A stretch of 64,000 nucleotides of DNA from Rhynchobatus australiae (lineage: Eukaryota): contig JAUZTB010000087.1 in assembly GCA_034780895.1 (NCBI GenBank), positions 36,563,539-36,627,538 on the forward strand. The letters are read 5' to 3'. Of the stretch, positions 25,038-36,597 are shown piece after piece. The notes under the pieces were generated by a model. The model saw only the letters and a program-made list of their open reading frames with translations. It searched no databases and had not been told where the DNA came from. The translations under genes and the position numbers were made by a program. Position 1 is the first letter of the stretch, and each line of letters starts with the position of its first letter.

Positions 25038-27968
25038 TGTAGTCTATGTAAGTGTGCGTCTTAAAGAACTACGTGCACCTAAAGAACTATGCGTACCATG
25101 TTATACCAGATACTACCATCAATTGAAAGGTTATTAATTGCTCTAGATCTAAGATTTGCATTAAACATGAAAGGGCCTACAGACATTATGCTGGCATCAA
25201 GTTTGGGATATTGCTGCTTCAGTAGCAAGACCATGATCCAGTGCAAGGATGATAGATTATTATAGATCAGAGTTCTCTAAGTGATGGCGACAGGCAGTAA
25301 ATGTGGTGAATATGTCAGTCACAATGAGACACATGAATAGACTCAGGCATTTACTCTGCTTATGGAACAAGTGGGAACATTCCCGAAGATGCATAATATA
25401 ATTAAGGTCCCGAAGGAGGACATAGAACAGAGAAAAGTGGACTCACATGGGAAGAGAAGGGCAACACCATTGCTGATAGCAGGCATCCAAGATGCTGGTG
25501 ATTCTACTAGTGCCAGAAACTACAAACAAAAACCTTATGCAAGACATGTGAAAGCTCTGAAGGGACATTTTAATCTGACACCATTGGAGTTTTCTGAGAT
25601 TTAGAAGTATGGCACTTTACTAGAGACCAAAGGAAATAGTTGGTGAATATATGGTTAAGCTGGAGATACTGGTTTTAAAAAAAATTGATTTCCAGACCTT
25701 TTTATATCTGGGTTAGTTAGCAAATGAGAGAAATCAGATAAAATGATTCAACACAAAGGACTTGAGGGAGCATATGTAATGGTGACTGTAATCAAAATTA
25801 CATGTAATAACATTATGTAACTGTTTTGTTCAGGACATGATTCCAAGATGCAAGCAGGAACAAGTCCATAGAGATAGAAGTGATGGTGTAGTCTTCATTG
25901 CAGCTGAATCTCATGGAATCTCTATTGGGTTTGGCAGGAAGCCAGTGGTCACATGAATGTAAAAGGCAGGAAGGCTGCAAGTCATTTGGGTGTAAAAGGT
26001 GAAAGACCTTCCCATGGATGTTATGGGAAATATCTAGCCTCAAAATATCAATTCAAGATACCTTCTTGCTATATGTGATCAGGATAGGGCATATTGCACA
26101 GGTGTGTAGATTGATTGAGGAGCAACTTTAAGTATGTGCATTGAAACTACAGCAAGTCAGTCAGTTGTAGACCAGGACCTATATCGGAAATACCTCAATC
26201 ATCTTTTTGGGGTGGAGCATGGGTGCAGAAAGGACCATCCAAATTATAGAGAAGGTGAACCATTGGTTTGGTTTTGGAGGAACTTGGTTCCAGTTGCCTA
26301 TAATAGATATGGGGCACAGGCACATACCAGCTATCATGTGCATGGATTGGATCACTCAATTGCAGGACTGTGTTTGAAAGGATTTTAGCATTGCAGAGCA
26401 AAGAGATCCAGAAGCCACTCATGCTTCAGGAAGCACTGGCCCCACCCAAATAGACCAGTCACCAGCTCATAGAAAATGGCAGACTAGGGTAACAGGCTGC
26501 AGTACCCACCAAATACTTCTGGGAAAATAATGGTTCAATGGCTACTATGCAGCTACCTGGGATAATGAGAGAAAGTATAATCCATATGAGAAGGCAGTGA
26601 AAGAGAAATTATAGCCTCTATCAAGGCAATTATAGTCATCAAGGTACAAGCACCAATGCACTGGCATCACAGTAGATGAAATTTGACAATAGTTATTTGT
26701 GAAGTTTGGGCTGAAAAGAGAATGAAGCATTTAAACACGAGACCTTCCTGGGAGAAGACAAGTCAAATTTTTTGACTGAAACATGCAAATACTGCACGCT
26801 AAGGAGATTGGAAAAGGTTGTTCGGTTTAGAGCAAAGGGGTGTGGTAAAACCAGATGGCCGTGAATCTCTGGAAGTAGGTTTAGAATGGGATTAACTAAC
26901 ATCAACAAAGAGAAAAGAAAAAAATGAAAAGAAACATAACAAAAAGAGAATTTTGAGGGGATTTCTCAGGAGTCATGGATTCACACTACTGACTGGTCTT
27001 GTGTTGGCCAATCAGGGTGATCATTTCTATTTCATCATGGGTTAGCAAGTGGAGTGGGTAATAATCATGATGGGACTGAAACACCAGGACTAATGGTATT
27101 CATTACAGAAGTACTTGCAGTGGCCACCATGAAGTTGAGAAACAGACCTGTAAAGTAACAAGCTGGCCAGAGAGTTAAACTAGGGTGAGATATCCCGGGG
27201 AGGGATGTTCTGAGTTTGAGTCCAGTGAAAGACAGTCTATTATGATGGCCTGAGTCAAAGGCATCACTTGAACAGTGAACTGGTTGTTTAAAATGGGACT
27301 ATTACAAACCTTGATGGCAAGCACTTTAGTCAAAGAGTCTATAATCTGTTGGAACTGAATGAGAGAGTCATTTCACAGGAGTTTCAGCACAACAGCTATG
27401 CCATTATAAAAGTCCACAAACAAGGTGAGAAGCATAAGGCTCATGAGGTTCTGGAGTAATATCAATTAAATCTGGCACAGACAATACTGATGAAGAAAAT
27501 GAGCATGAGAGTTTTGGAGAAGAGCAGAATGTCTGCAAGACTTTTGTTGTTTTCAGAAGTGCTGAATGACCTCTATCAAACACACACTGAGATGGATGCT
27601 TTAAGAAAGGATTGCTTTGCAGTGTATAGCCTGCTCAAAGGCTCTTAAAATACTATGCGAGATGTCACAGCAGATATAAATTTACAGAGAGTATAGCCAG
27701 AGTGTGGCAAGACAAATTGATAACAGACAAAGCAGAGATAAAAGCCTTGGAGAAGATCCAGAAAGGGAAAACCATAGATGCTTTGTGACTTAAAAAAAAA
27801 CAACAGCAAAAAAAAAAGGGGGAACAGTCCAGTATGTACAAGTCAGAGTGCTGGTCGGGACGTAAGATGGAATGAAAATAGATGCACAAATTAGACAGCC
27901 ATAAGAAGCACCTGAAGTAAAGGTTGTTATGATTAAGTGCACTGTATCTAGAAATGTACCATACATAA
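25038..27968 (+). mobile_element. Highly degraded LTR-retrotransposon-like region
   Basis: TG-starting LTR-like block with an 18-bp duplication, TGGCGAC PBS-like word near 25285, and a decayed zinc knuckle (C..C...GHIAQVC) near 26067-26110. No intact ORF. Confidence 0.4.
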
Positions 27969-28134
27969 CGTATAATTAAAATTACTGTTGAGCTTGATAT
28001 TAGTAGGTGTTAAAGTTTTATTTAAATGATTTGGCATTTACAGATGACACCAGGAAGATGGTGGTCAAGAATATGTAATTTCACATATTCACAGTCCATC
28101 TTGAAAACAAGTTATCACCTCCATTGATTCTGTC

Positions 28135-28530
28135 AATACTTCTCGCTGCCTCAGGAAAGCAGCCAACATAATCAAGAACCCCTCCCACACTGCTCATTCT
28201 CTCTTGTCCCCTCTCCCATTGGGCAGAAGATACAAAAGCTTGAGACCACATACCACCAGACTCNNNNNNNNNNNNNNNNNNNNNNNNNNNNNNNNNNNNN
28301 NNNNNNNNNNNNNNNNNNNNNNNNNNNNNNNNNNNNNNNNNNNNNNNNNNNNNNCATGCACTATTTGTCTACCTGCACTGCACTTTCTCTGTAACTGTAA
28401 TACTATACTCTGCATTCCGATTTCCTTTTCACTACCTCACTGTACTTGCATACAAAATGATCTGTCTGGATAGCATGCAAACAAAAGCTTTTCACTGTAT
28501 CTTGGTACACATGACAGTAGTAAACCAATA
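28135..28530 (+). mobile_element. Rex1/Babar-type LINE 3' end
   Basis: SPLPLGRRYKSLRPHTTRL (LPSGRRYRS...TTRL motif) and the same tail as the 30515 copy. Confidence 0.8.
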
Positions 28531-28899
28531 CCATAGGAGTAAGACTACATTGAAGCCACAGGTACTGAGCAGGAAGGCCCATCTGGAGAAGTAATCCATT
28601 AGAATTATCTAATGCCTGCAGTGGATATTTCAGAGATGTCAAGTACTGCTTGCAATGAAGAATTCTGTGAACAAAGAGACCAAGTAATCAATTGAATTTA
28701 TAGATTGTTGAATTTGCAATTAGATATCCATGGAAATAGTTAATTAATTGTATCCTGTTTTGTGCAAGGAGTTGATGATTTTAATTGTTTTTTTTAAAAC
28801 AGTACCATTAAGAACTGATTATACCATGTGGTATGAAATTTGATACATTGTACCAGATACATTGTTCAGAACTAATGGGAAACTATTTAATCTATGACA

Positions 28900-29785
28900 A
28901 TTGCACTCCAGACCATAGTCACTCGAACCTCAGTAGTTGAGCTGCAGCATGCAGATGACATTTATGTTTGTACACACTTGGAGACTGAGCTCTGAGGTAT
29001 TGTTGTCTCATTCACCAAAGCACAAGAGGATGGGCCTTACTCTTAGCACCTACAAGACCTAGGTTGTCTAACAACCCATCCCTCCTGCATCACATTACCC
29101 ACCAACAATGAAGATTCATGGCAAGACTCTGGAAAATGTGGACCCCTACTCGTGTTCTGGAAGTCACTTCTCAGTGAAGCAGACATCAATGATATAATGC
29201 ACTAGCACAGCCTTTGGTCAACTGAGGACCTGGCAAAAAAAAAACTAATCGGGCAGCAATGATCCTTGACCGCCTACAAGCTTCTCTGACCTGGACTACG
29301 CACAACAGACATCTCAGTACACTGTAAAAAGACCACCAGTCTCCATAAAATTCTTCAAATTCACCGAAAGGATAACCCAGACAATGCCAGCATCTTCTCC
29401 CAGGCCAACATCACCAGCATTGAGGTTCAAGTTATGCCACATTGGACAGGTCTTGTCATTCAAATATTCAATGCCAGATTCCTGAAACAGTTACTCCATT
29501 CTGAGCTCTGTTGTGGAAGGAGATTACCAGACAGAGTAAATGATTCAAGGATGTGTTCAGTCTTCCTTGAGGAAGTTCAACATCTCCACCGACTCCTGGG
29601 AAACTCTGACCCATTACTGCTCAAAGGGAAGATGTGTTTTCTGGATGGCACTATGAACCTAGAGGCCATGCATTAGGAGTCCAAGGAGGCCTTGCATAAG
29701 CAGCAGACGAAGCAAACCACCTCACCAACTTCCCACTCATCCATCCTATCAATCACTTCCTGCCCCTTCTGAGGAAAAGTCTGCC
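28900..29785 (+). mobile_element. RTE-clade LINE 3' half
   Basis: GAGCTGCAGCATGCAGATGAC (ELQYADD-like) and PHWTGLVIQ..RFLKQLLHSEL (LRWTGHV..LPKQLLYSEL-like). Confidence 0.75.
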
Positions 29786-30514
29786 TAGCTGTTGAGTGTA
29801 TTCAAGATGATATTATTATTTTTTTTTAAAAAGAGAGAGATAGAGGGAACCAAAGGATACAAGGAAAATGGAGTGAGAGGGAAGATCAGCTATTTTGTCA
29901 AAATGAAGTGTATGCTTCAAAGACCATGTCATCTATTCTTGTTCCTGTTTCCTATGTTATTAAATGTTTAGGTCACTAAGCTCAGAATGTCATAGCAATT
30001 CAGATCCTCCGCATTCAAGCAAATGCATTTTGGTTGAATTGCCTCACATAATCAGGGTAACACCCACTGAGAATTACACTCTTTATGTTTACGATGAATA
30101 TCTTACTGTTGAAAATTAGTCAAACCAGGCATTTAATTTTTTAATAAGTTCTGTGAGGTAAGTAATCCAGTAAAAATTTACAAAAAGCATTAATAGAATA
30201 CATAATCTGAAAATTAGCACACTGAACCAGAAAGACTTAACAAAAGTGCCTCCACTCACTATACTGTGACAAATAAGAAGATGGTGAAACACTGCAGGAA
30301 TGACTACTATGACTGGAATGAAGCACCTGCTTATTTCCCATTTCTATTTTCCCCAAAATGTTTATTTTTTTCTGTTTCTTTGTCCTCTTTCATCTATTGC
30401 TTCCTTTGCTCTTACCATAACTATGTACAAGTATCAAGACTTATCTGCAAAATAACATTCAATAAACTACAAAATATTGTAGAAGCTGGAAACGTGAACT
30501 AGAAACAAAAAAAT

Positions 30515-30870
30515 GGTAATTGGTTTATTATTGTCACGTACTGAGATACAGTGAAAATCTTTTGTTTACATGCCATGCAGACAGATCATTCCATATACAA
30601 GTACATCGAGGTCATCCAAAAGGGGAAAAGAAACAGAATGCAGAATATTCTGATGAAGTGGACTGCATTCACAGCTCTGCAATTTCTTGTGCTCTTGGGC
30701 AGAGCAGTTGCCACACCAGGCTGTGATGCATCTGGATAGGATGTTTTCAATGATGCATTTGTAAAAATTGGTGAGGGTCATTGAGAACACACCAAATTTC
30801 TTTAGCCTTCTGAGGAAGTAGAGTTGCCGGTGTGCTTTCTTAGTCATAGCCTCCATGTGGCTAGACCAGA
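30515..30870 (-). mobile_element. Rex1/Babar-type LINE 3' fragment
   Basis: KKAHRQLYFLRRLKKF...FYKCIIENILSRCITAWCGN is the typical Rex1/Babar C-terminal region. Tail TTTCACTGTATCTCAGTACGTGACAATAATAAA. Confidence 0.8.
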
Positions 30871-31813
30871 AATCCTTGAAATACTAAGCAAGTCAGGTGG
30901 CATCTACAAGGTGAGAAACAGAGCTAATGTTTCAGACCAGTCGTCATCTCTCTGTTCAATAAATTATGCTTACTAGAAGATGAAGCAAATTTTCTTTTAT
31001 ATATTATTAATATTTTGATATTTATTCTGAAATCCAAATCTGACGTTTGCCCCACTGCAGATTTATACAGCAAATTTATGGAAGCAATATTTGACAGACA
31101 CAATTTTAAAATATTGTAGAGATTAATAATGAAAGATACAGTTAAAATATTTGCAAATGTACAAAACTTGTATTCTACAAAACCTGAGAAGTAATGATGT
31201 ATCAGCATGATCTTGCTGGCCATGAGGATGNNNNNNNNNNNNNNNNNNNNNNNNNNNNNNNNNNNNNNNNNNNNNNTAATATGCAAGTACTTTTTATATT
31301 TAAATCACTTAGAGTCTTTTGTAAAGACATCTTTCTTTTATATTTCTTTCATCTCTTACATATATATATAACAGTTGTTATAGCTGTCAATGGAGCAACA
31401 CTCTCCAAGGATATTTTTAGTTTTTTTTAAAGAGACCCAGTGACTGACATCTAAACAAATGAACACTTGCTGTGGTCCAGGCTGGCTGACATTGGCCACA
31501 ATGTCGAGGTCAACATCAAAGTGCCACGTGAACATTCTGCTGTGACCCACTGCAAATATCAGCCTCTTCAGCAAGAGAAGAAAATTATCTCAGTACATAC
31601 AATTCTGATAGCTCAGAATGTTTGAAATTTTCTGAAACTTATTGGAAATATTGATTTATATGTTGGAAATATTGATATATATATTTTGTTTTGTTCTAGC
31701 AATACCACCTCAAATTTATTATTTGAAAATTCTTGGTGTGTAGATGGTGGATTTATGGTATTACATTCTCAATGGCTCCAACTAACCAATTCTTTCCTTC
31801 CAGCTTCACTATT

Positions 31814-31928
31814 TAGTTCTGATAAAGGGTCTTTAACCTGAAATGTTAATTGTTTTCTTTCCACTGATGCTGCCTGACCTGCCAAGTGTTTCCAGAATTT
31901 TGTGTTCTTATTTCCTCTGCAGTCTCTT
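31814..31928 (+). mobile_element. Penelope-type terminal repeat with decayed hammerhead
   Basis: AGTT-CTGATAA-AGGGTCTTTAACCT-GAAA-TGTT, then GATGCTGCCTGACCTG. Confidence 0.7.
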
Positions 31929-33068
31929 GCCACAGTGTACCCTGGAGATTGTGGAGGAAGTGAATTGGCTACCAGATTCACTGTGGTAGAGGGGAAGGTA
32001 ATCAGGGATAATACTGGGGTAAATGAGGAGAAGATCATTGTGTTGACAGGATTGTGGCAGAGGATTTTCCCTGTGGAGACAATGAAAAGGTTTGGAAGGA
32101 ATTGTAAGCAATTGGGAACAGAGGTTTGGTCAAGAATATTATCTGAGGATATGATCGGGGTGATGATCAGGCCAGAGTTATTGGAACAGTTTATGAAGAT
32201 GATCAGAGGGGTCATCAGGGAGATAGTGAACATGACATGCAGAGAATGGAGGGATACAGATCATGTGCAAGCAGATGGGATTAGTTTAATTTGGCATCAT
32301 GGTCAACATTGACATTGTGGGCCAAAGGGCCTCTTCCTGTGCTGCACTGTTCATGTTCTGTGACTGAAGGAGGGGTTGTTAGCCAGATGATAGTGATAGC
32401 TGAGGACATTGGCAATGAGTGGGATTGGTTTAGGGGCAATCAATGACTTTGGAAAATTCATCACCATTCTTCACCTGTTCCATGATGACATGTAACCCGG
32501 ATCCTCAGCAAAGGATCCATCACAGACTAGTACACACTGGATTAGTGTTCTCTCACCAACCCTCTTCTCATCGATTCTGATCGAGAACACTTGTTTTACT
32601 TCTGACAGATGCTGCCTGACTTGCATTGTTTCCACCATTTCCTGTTCATGTTTCAGATTTCTAGCATCTGCAGTTTTGTTTTCCTCTTCTCAATACAGCA
32701 CTTAACTTCCAACAAGCTCCCCAGAAGAATGGAGTTAATCTACAGGACAAGAATGAAATGGTTCAAGCTTCATCACCTCCACTCCAGAACCAAGTTCACT
32801 CTAACTCAGTCACTGAGTTTTAGGAGGCAAAAATACATGTCTACATGCACATTTGGAGGCTGAGCACTAAACTATCTTTATTCTTTCACTGCAGTTCAGA
32901 AGGGAATGGGCCTCATACTAAACATATGAAAGATTTGAACGTCCACAGTGAAAAGTAACCTCACCTATTCAATGGAACCCCTAACTCAAGAGTGCTCAGA
33001 TTGGAGGAGAAACATCAGAGAATGCCTCTCCCACAGGAGTAAGTGGGAAGCAAAGTGGTAGCATAGCA

Positions 33069-33297
33069 GTGGGTGGCACAGTAGTGTAACGCTATTACAG
33101 CACCAGCGATCGGGCTTCGATTCCCGTCGCTGTTTGTAAGGAGTTTGTATATTCTCCTGTGTCTGTGCATGTTTCCTCCAGGTGCTCCGGTTTCCTCCCA
33201 CATTCCGAAGACATACGGGTAGGTTAACATGGGCTTAATAATGGGCGGCATGGACTCATTGGGCTGGAAGGGCCTGTTACCACGCTGTAAATAAAAA
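33069..33297 (+). mobile_element. V-SINE (HE1-like), near full length
   Basis: tRNA-like head GGTGGCACAGT...TTCGATTCCC, V-domain, CR1-like tail GGGCTGGAAGGGCCTGTTAC and A-rich end. Confidence 0.85.
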
Positions 33298-33866
33298 CAT
33301 TTTTAAAAATTAATTTAAAAATGGTGGAATCCTTTCAGTCTAACACTATCTCCACCATTGGTGGCAGGTTTTGCATAGAACTCATTGGTCACTTCAAAAC
33401 CTACAAAACTATGGTGGAAATAAGTGATCTTTGACCCAAAGGCTCTGTCTAAGAAGTGACAGATAATACTGCTTTTTATTAAGGACATTGAAATAATACA
33501 AACTGAAATGTCCAGATAGCAGTCCTTCCACACCCATTTCACTATATTTTCCAATTGCATTCTTTGGAAGTCTAAAATACAATTTGCCTTTGTGTACAAG
33601 AGGTGTGATTGTATTTGTTAGTTGAATAGCACATTGATAGGCACACCCTCCATGCAAAATAGGTATTTCGGATATCTAAAGTGGATTGTTATTACATGAT
33701 AGCCCTTGCACAATGTACACCCATAATAAAAACACAAAATTCCCAAAATGGTCAACTAACTGTTAGTATATGTGGAGAGATTAACAGTTAATATTTTGGA
33801 TTGGCATTTTTTGAAATAAATCATAATTCAGACCTTTTATAGTGTTCTGATGAAAGGTCACAGATC

Positions 33867-34770
33867 AGAGAAACGGAGGACTGCAGATGCTGGAATTTAG
33901 ATGAAAAACATGATGCTGGAGGAACTCAGCAGGCTAGGCAGCATCCGTGGAGAAAAGCAGGCGGTCAATGTTTTGGGTCAAGACCCTTCTTCAGGACTGA
34001 AGATAGGAAAAGGGGAAGCCCAATATATAGGAGGGAAGGCAGAGCAGTAATAGGTGGACAAAAGAGCGAAGGCAGGGTGGGCACATAGGTAGATGCAGGT
34101 AAGAGAGAGTGATAGGCAGGTGTGGGGGAGGTGGGAAGAGCAGATCCACCAGGGGATGGGTAAAATGTAAGAAGAGAGAGGAAAGAAAAGGCTAGGAAAG
34201 GGAAGAAGCATAGTGGGGGGGGAAGTTTCTGGGCGGGAGGGGGTGGATGGGGATTACCTAAAGTGAGAAAATTGAATATTCATGCCATTAGACAAGGTCC
34301 CAAGACAGAAAATGAGGTGCTGTTCCTCCAGTTTGTGCTTGGAATTCTCCCAGCAGTGGAGGAGGCTGAGGACTGCCATATCAGTGATAGTGTGGGAGGG
34401 GGAATTGAAGTGACTGGCAATGGGGAGATGCAAGTCGCGGTTATGGACAGAGCACAGGTGTTCTGCAAAACTGTAACCTAGTCCCTATTTAGTCTCACCA
34501 ATGTAGGAAGAGGCCACACATGGAGCACTGAATGCAGTACATGATATTAAGGAAGGTGCAGGTGAATCTCTGTCTCACCTGAAAGGACTGTTTGGGTCCC
34601 TGGATGGAGGTAGTGTTGGGGCAGGTGTTGCACCTATGGTGGGGAGAGTGGAAAGTTTCCAGGGTGGGAGTGGATGAGTGGTGGAGGGAGTAGTGAATGA
34701 GGAAGTCACAGAGAAAGCAGTCCCCGTGAAAGGAAGAAAGAGGTGGGAAGGGGAAGATATGCTTGGTGGT
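33867..34770 (-). mobile_element. Penelope-like element 3' part (GIY-YIG plus terminal repeat), 11-bp TSD
   Basis: FQVRQRFTCTFLNIMYCIQCSMCG on the minus strand. Terminal repeat with hammerhead core at about 33964-33999. GGTCACAGATC is duplicated at 33856-33866 and 34771-34781. Confidence 0.88.
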
Positions 34771-34989
34771 GGTCACAGATCTGACATGTTAACACTGCTT
34801 CCATCTCTGAAGATGCTGTCTGACCTACTGAGTATTTAACAGCATTTTTATTTCTTATTCATTGTATATTTTCAGCATAACCAAATCTAATTTGCAACAT
34901 CCACATAACTGAAAGAATCCATCATAACTAGCCTATAATTCCAGATATATAGTTCATCTCTGACCAGGCACACAAACACTGAAACATTA

Positions 34990-35085
34990 CACACAAAATG
35001 CTGGGGTAACTCAGCAGGTCAAGCAGCATCTATGGAGGGAAATAATTAACATTTCAGGTTGAGACTCTTCATCAGGACTGGAAAG
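34990..35085 (-). mobile_element. Penelope-type terminal repeat with hammerhead motif, runs into a large N gap
   Basis: Minus strand reads CAGTC-CTGATGA-AGAGTCTCAACCT-GAAA-TGTT, followed by GATGCTGCTTGACCTGCTGAGTTACCCCAGCA. Confidence 0.75.
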
Positions 35086-36424
35086 TAAGAGGGCAGAAAC
35101 CAGANNNNNNNNNNNNNNNNNNNNNNNNNNNNNNNNNNNNNNNNNNNNNNNNNNNNNNNNNNNNNNNNNNNNNNNNNNNNNNNNNNNNNNNNNNNNNNNN
35201 NNNNNNNNNNNNNNNNNNNNNNNNNNNNNNNNNNNNNNNNNNNNNNNNNNNNNNNNNNNNNNNNNNNNNNNNNNNNNNNNNNNNNNNNNNNNNNNNNNNN
35301 NNNNNNNNNNNNNNNNNNNNNNNNNNNNNNNNNNNNNNNNNNNNNNNNNNNNNNNNNNNNNNNNNNNNNNNNNNNNNNNNNNNNNNNNNNNNNNNNNNNN
35401 NNNNNNNNNNNNNNNNNNNNNNNNNNNNNNNNNNNNNNNNNNNNNNNNNNNNNNNNNNNNNNNNNNNNNNNNNNNNNNNNNNNNNNNNNNNNNNNNNNNN
35501 NNNNNNNNNNNNNNNNNNNNNNNNNNNNNNNNNNNNNNNNNNNNNNNNNNNNNNNNNNNNNNNNNNNNNNNNNNNNNNNNNNNNNNNNNNNNNNNNNNNN
35601 NNNNNNNNNNNNNNNNNNNNNNNNNNNNNNNNNNNNNNNNNNNNNNNNNNNNNNNNNNNNNNNNNNNNNNNNNNNNNNNNNNNNNNNNNNNNNNNNNNNG
35701 ATATCTGCATTGTATACAAGGTGCCCAGCAACCACAGCCCTTTCGTTTTCTGAAAGAATATTTTTAATTAAGCTTTTGGATTCAAATCTCCCCCAATCTT
35801 ATTACTAAATAATTAGAGGACTCCTATTTCCCCTTTTAAAGGCCAAGATGCATTTGCAAGGAGGTAATTACAAAAATAATACTTTATGTTTAAATCCAAT
35901 GTTTTCATCCCGTGTGACTGCCTAAGAAAAGGATATATTCCATTTGTTTTAAAACTAGTCTAATAACACATAACTTTTGTTTAATTTCCCCCTCCAAAAT
36001 TTTATTTTGTTTCCTGTTGGGTTCAGTAAGCAATCCGTTTTCTCTTTTTTGGTGTTGATCGTCCTCTAAAGGAGGACACCTACTGATATGTGCATTACCT
36101 TCACTCGATAATCCGAGAACATAAAATGGGAATGTATACTAGTCTGACAGTTACAACAATCTTGTATTTTCACCATTAATACAGTAGTACACACACGACC
36201 CCCTGCTTCTCGATATCAGAGAAAAACAACTGTTACACTTTGGGAAGCCAGCACCACGAATCCCAGCCTGTCAACTGGGGAACCCCCCCAGCGCACAGTG
36301 TTGCATTTACAGCGAGCAAGACTTGCAGTACCGCTACCATCCACCTACCATGGCCGGGGCAGCGGCGAGCCCACTCTGCCGGCTCGGTGGGGATCGCAGC
36401 AACCGTGTCACACAGCGCGGGAAG

Positions 36425-36502
36425 ATGGCGGATTGCTCGCTCACAGACGAAGACTTCTCTTCGTTCGTCTTCGATTACCTGACAGAAAACGCAGAGTCTC
36501 AG
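36425..36502 (+). CDS. PPARGC1B: First coding exon of PPARG coactivator 1-beta (PGC-1beta)
   Basis: AAGATGG start encodes MADCSLTDEDFSSFVFDYLTENAESQ (26 codons), followed directly by the donor CAG|GTAAGG in phase 0. It resembles the vertebrate PGC-1beta N-terminus as I recall it (human [26 protein letters not shown], also a 26-codon first exon) and lies in a CpG island. Exon 2 was not seen in the window. Confidence 0.9.
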
Positions 36503-36570
36503 GTAAGGAGCCGTGCTCTCGCTGGCTGCATGCTTGGCGACACACCGTCGCCAGTGAGTTGGGTGGCAGT

Positions 36571-36597
36571 GCTACTGCTGCTGCTGTTGCTGCTGCT
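36571..36597. repeat. Imperfect (CTG)n tract at the start of intron 1
   Basis: GCTACTGCTGCTGCTGTTGCTGCTGCT. Confidence 0.85.

Noticed and set aside
31769-32312. Overlapping 154-aa and 136-aa ORFs as genes
   Set aside because: Purine-rich low-complexity sequence bounded by repeat fragments, with no recognisable domain or splice structure.
33069-33135. tRNA gene
   Set aside because: The A/B-box-like head runs straight into a V-domain and LINE tail. It is a SINE head, not a complete cloverleaf.
35046-35735. Long ORFs of 219-229 aa (similar cases at 47700-48180 and 49605-49907)
   Set aside because: Almost entirely X residues from N gaps.
1-36190. Exons of a neighbouring gene such as ARHGEF37 (upstream of PPARGC1B in mammals)
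   Set aside because: No DH, BAR or SH3-like peptide recognised in any frame. Small exons could be missed without alignment.
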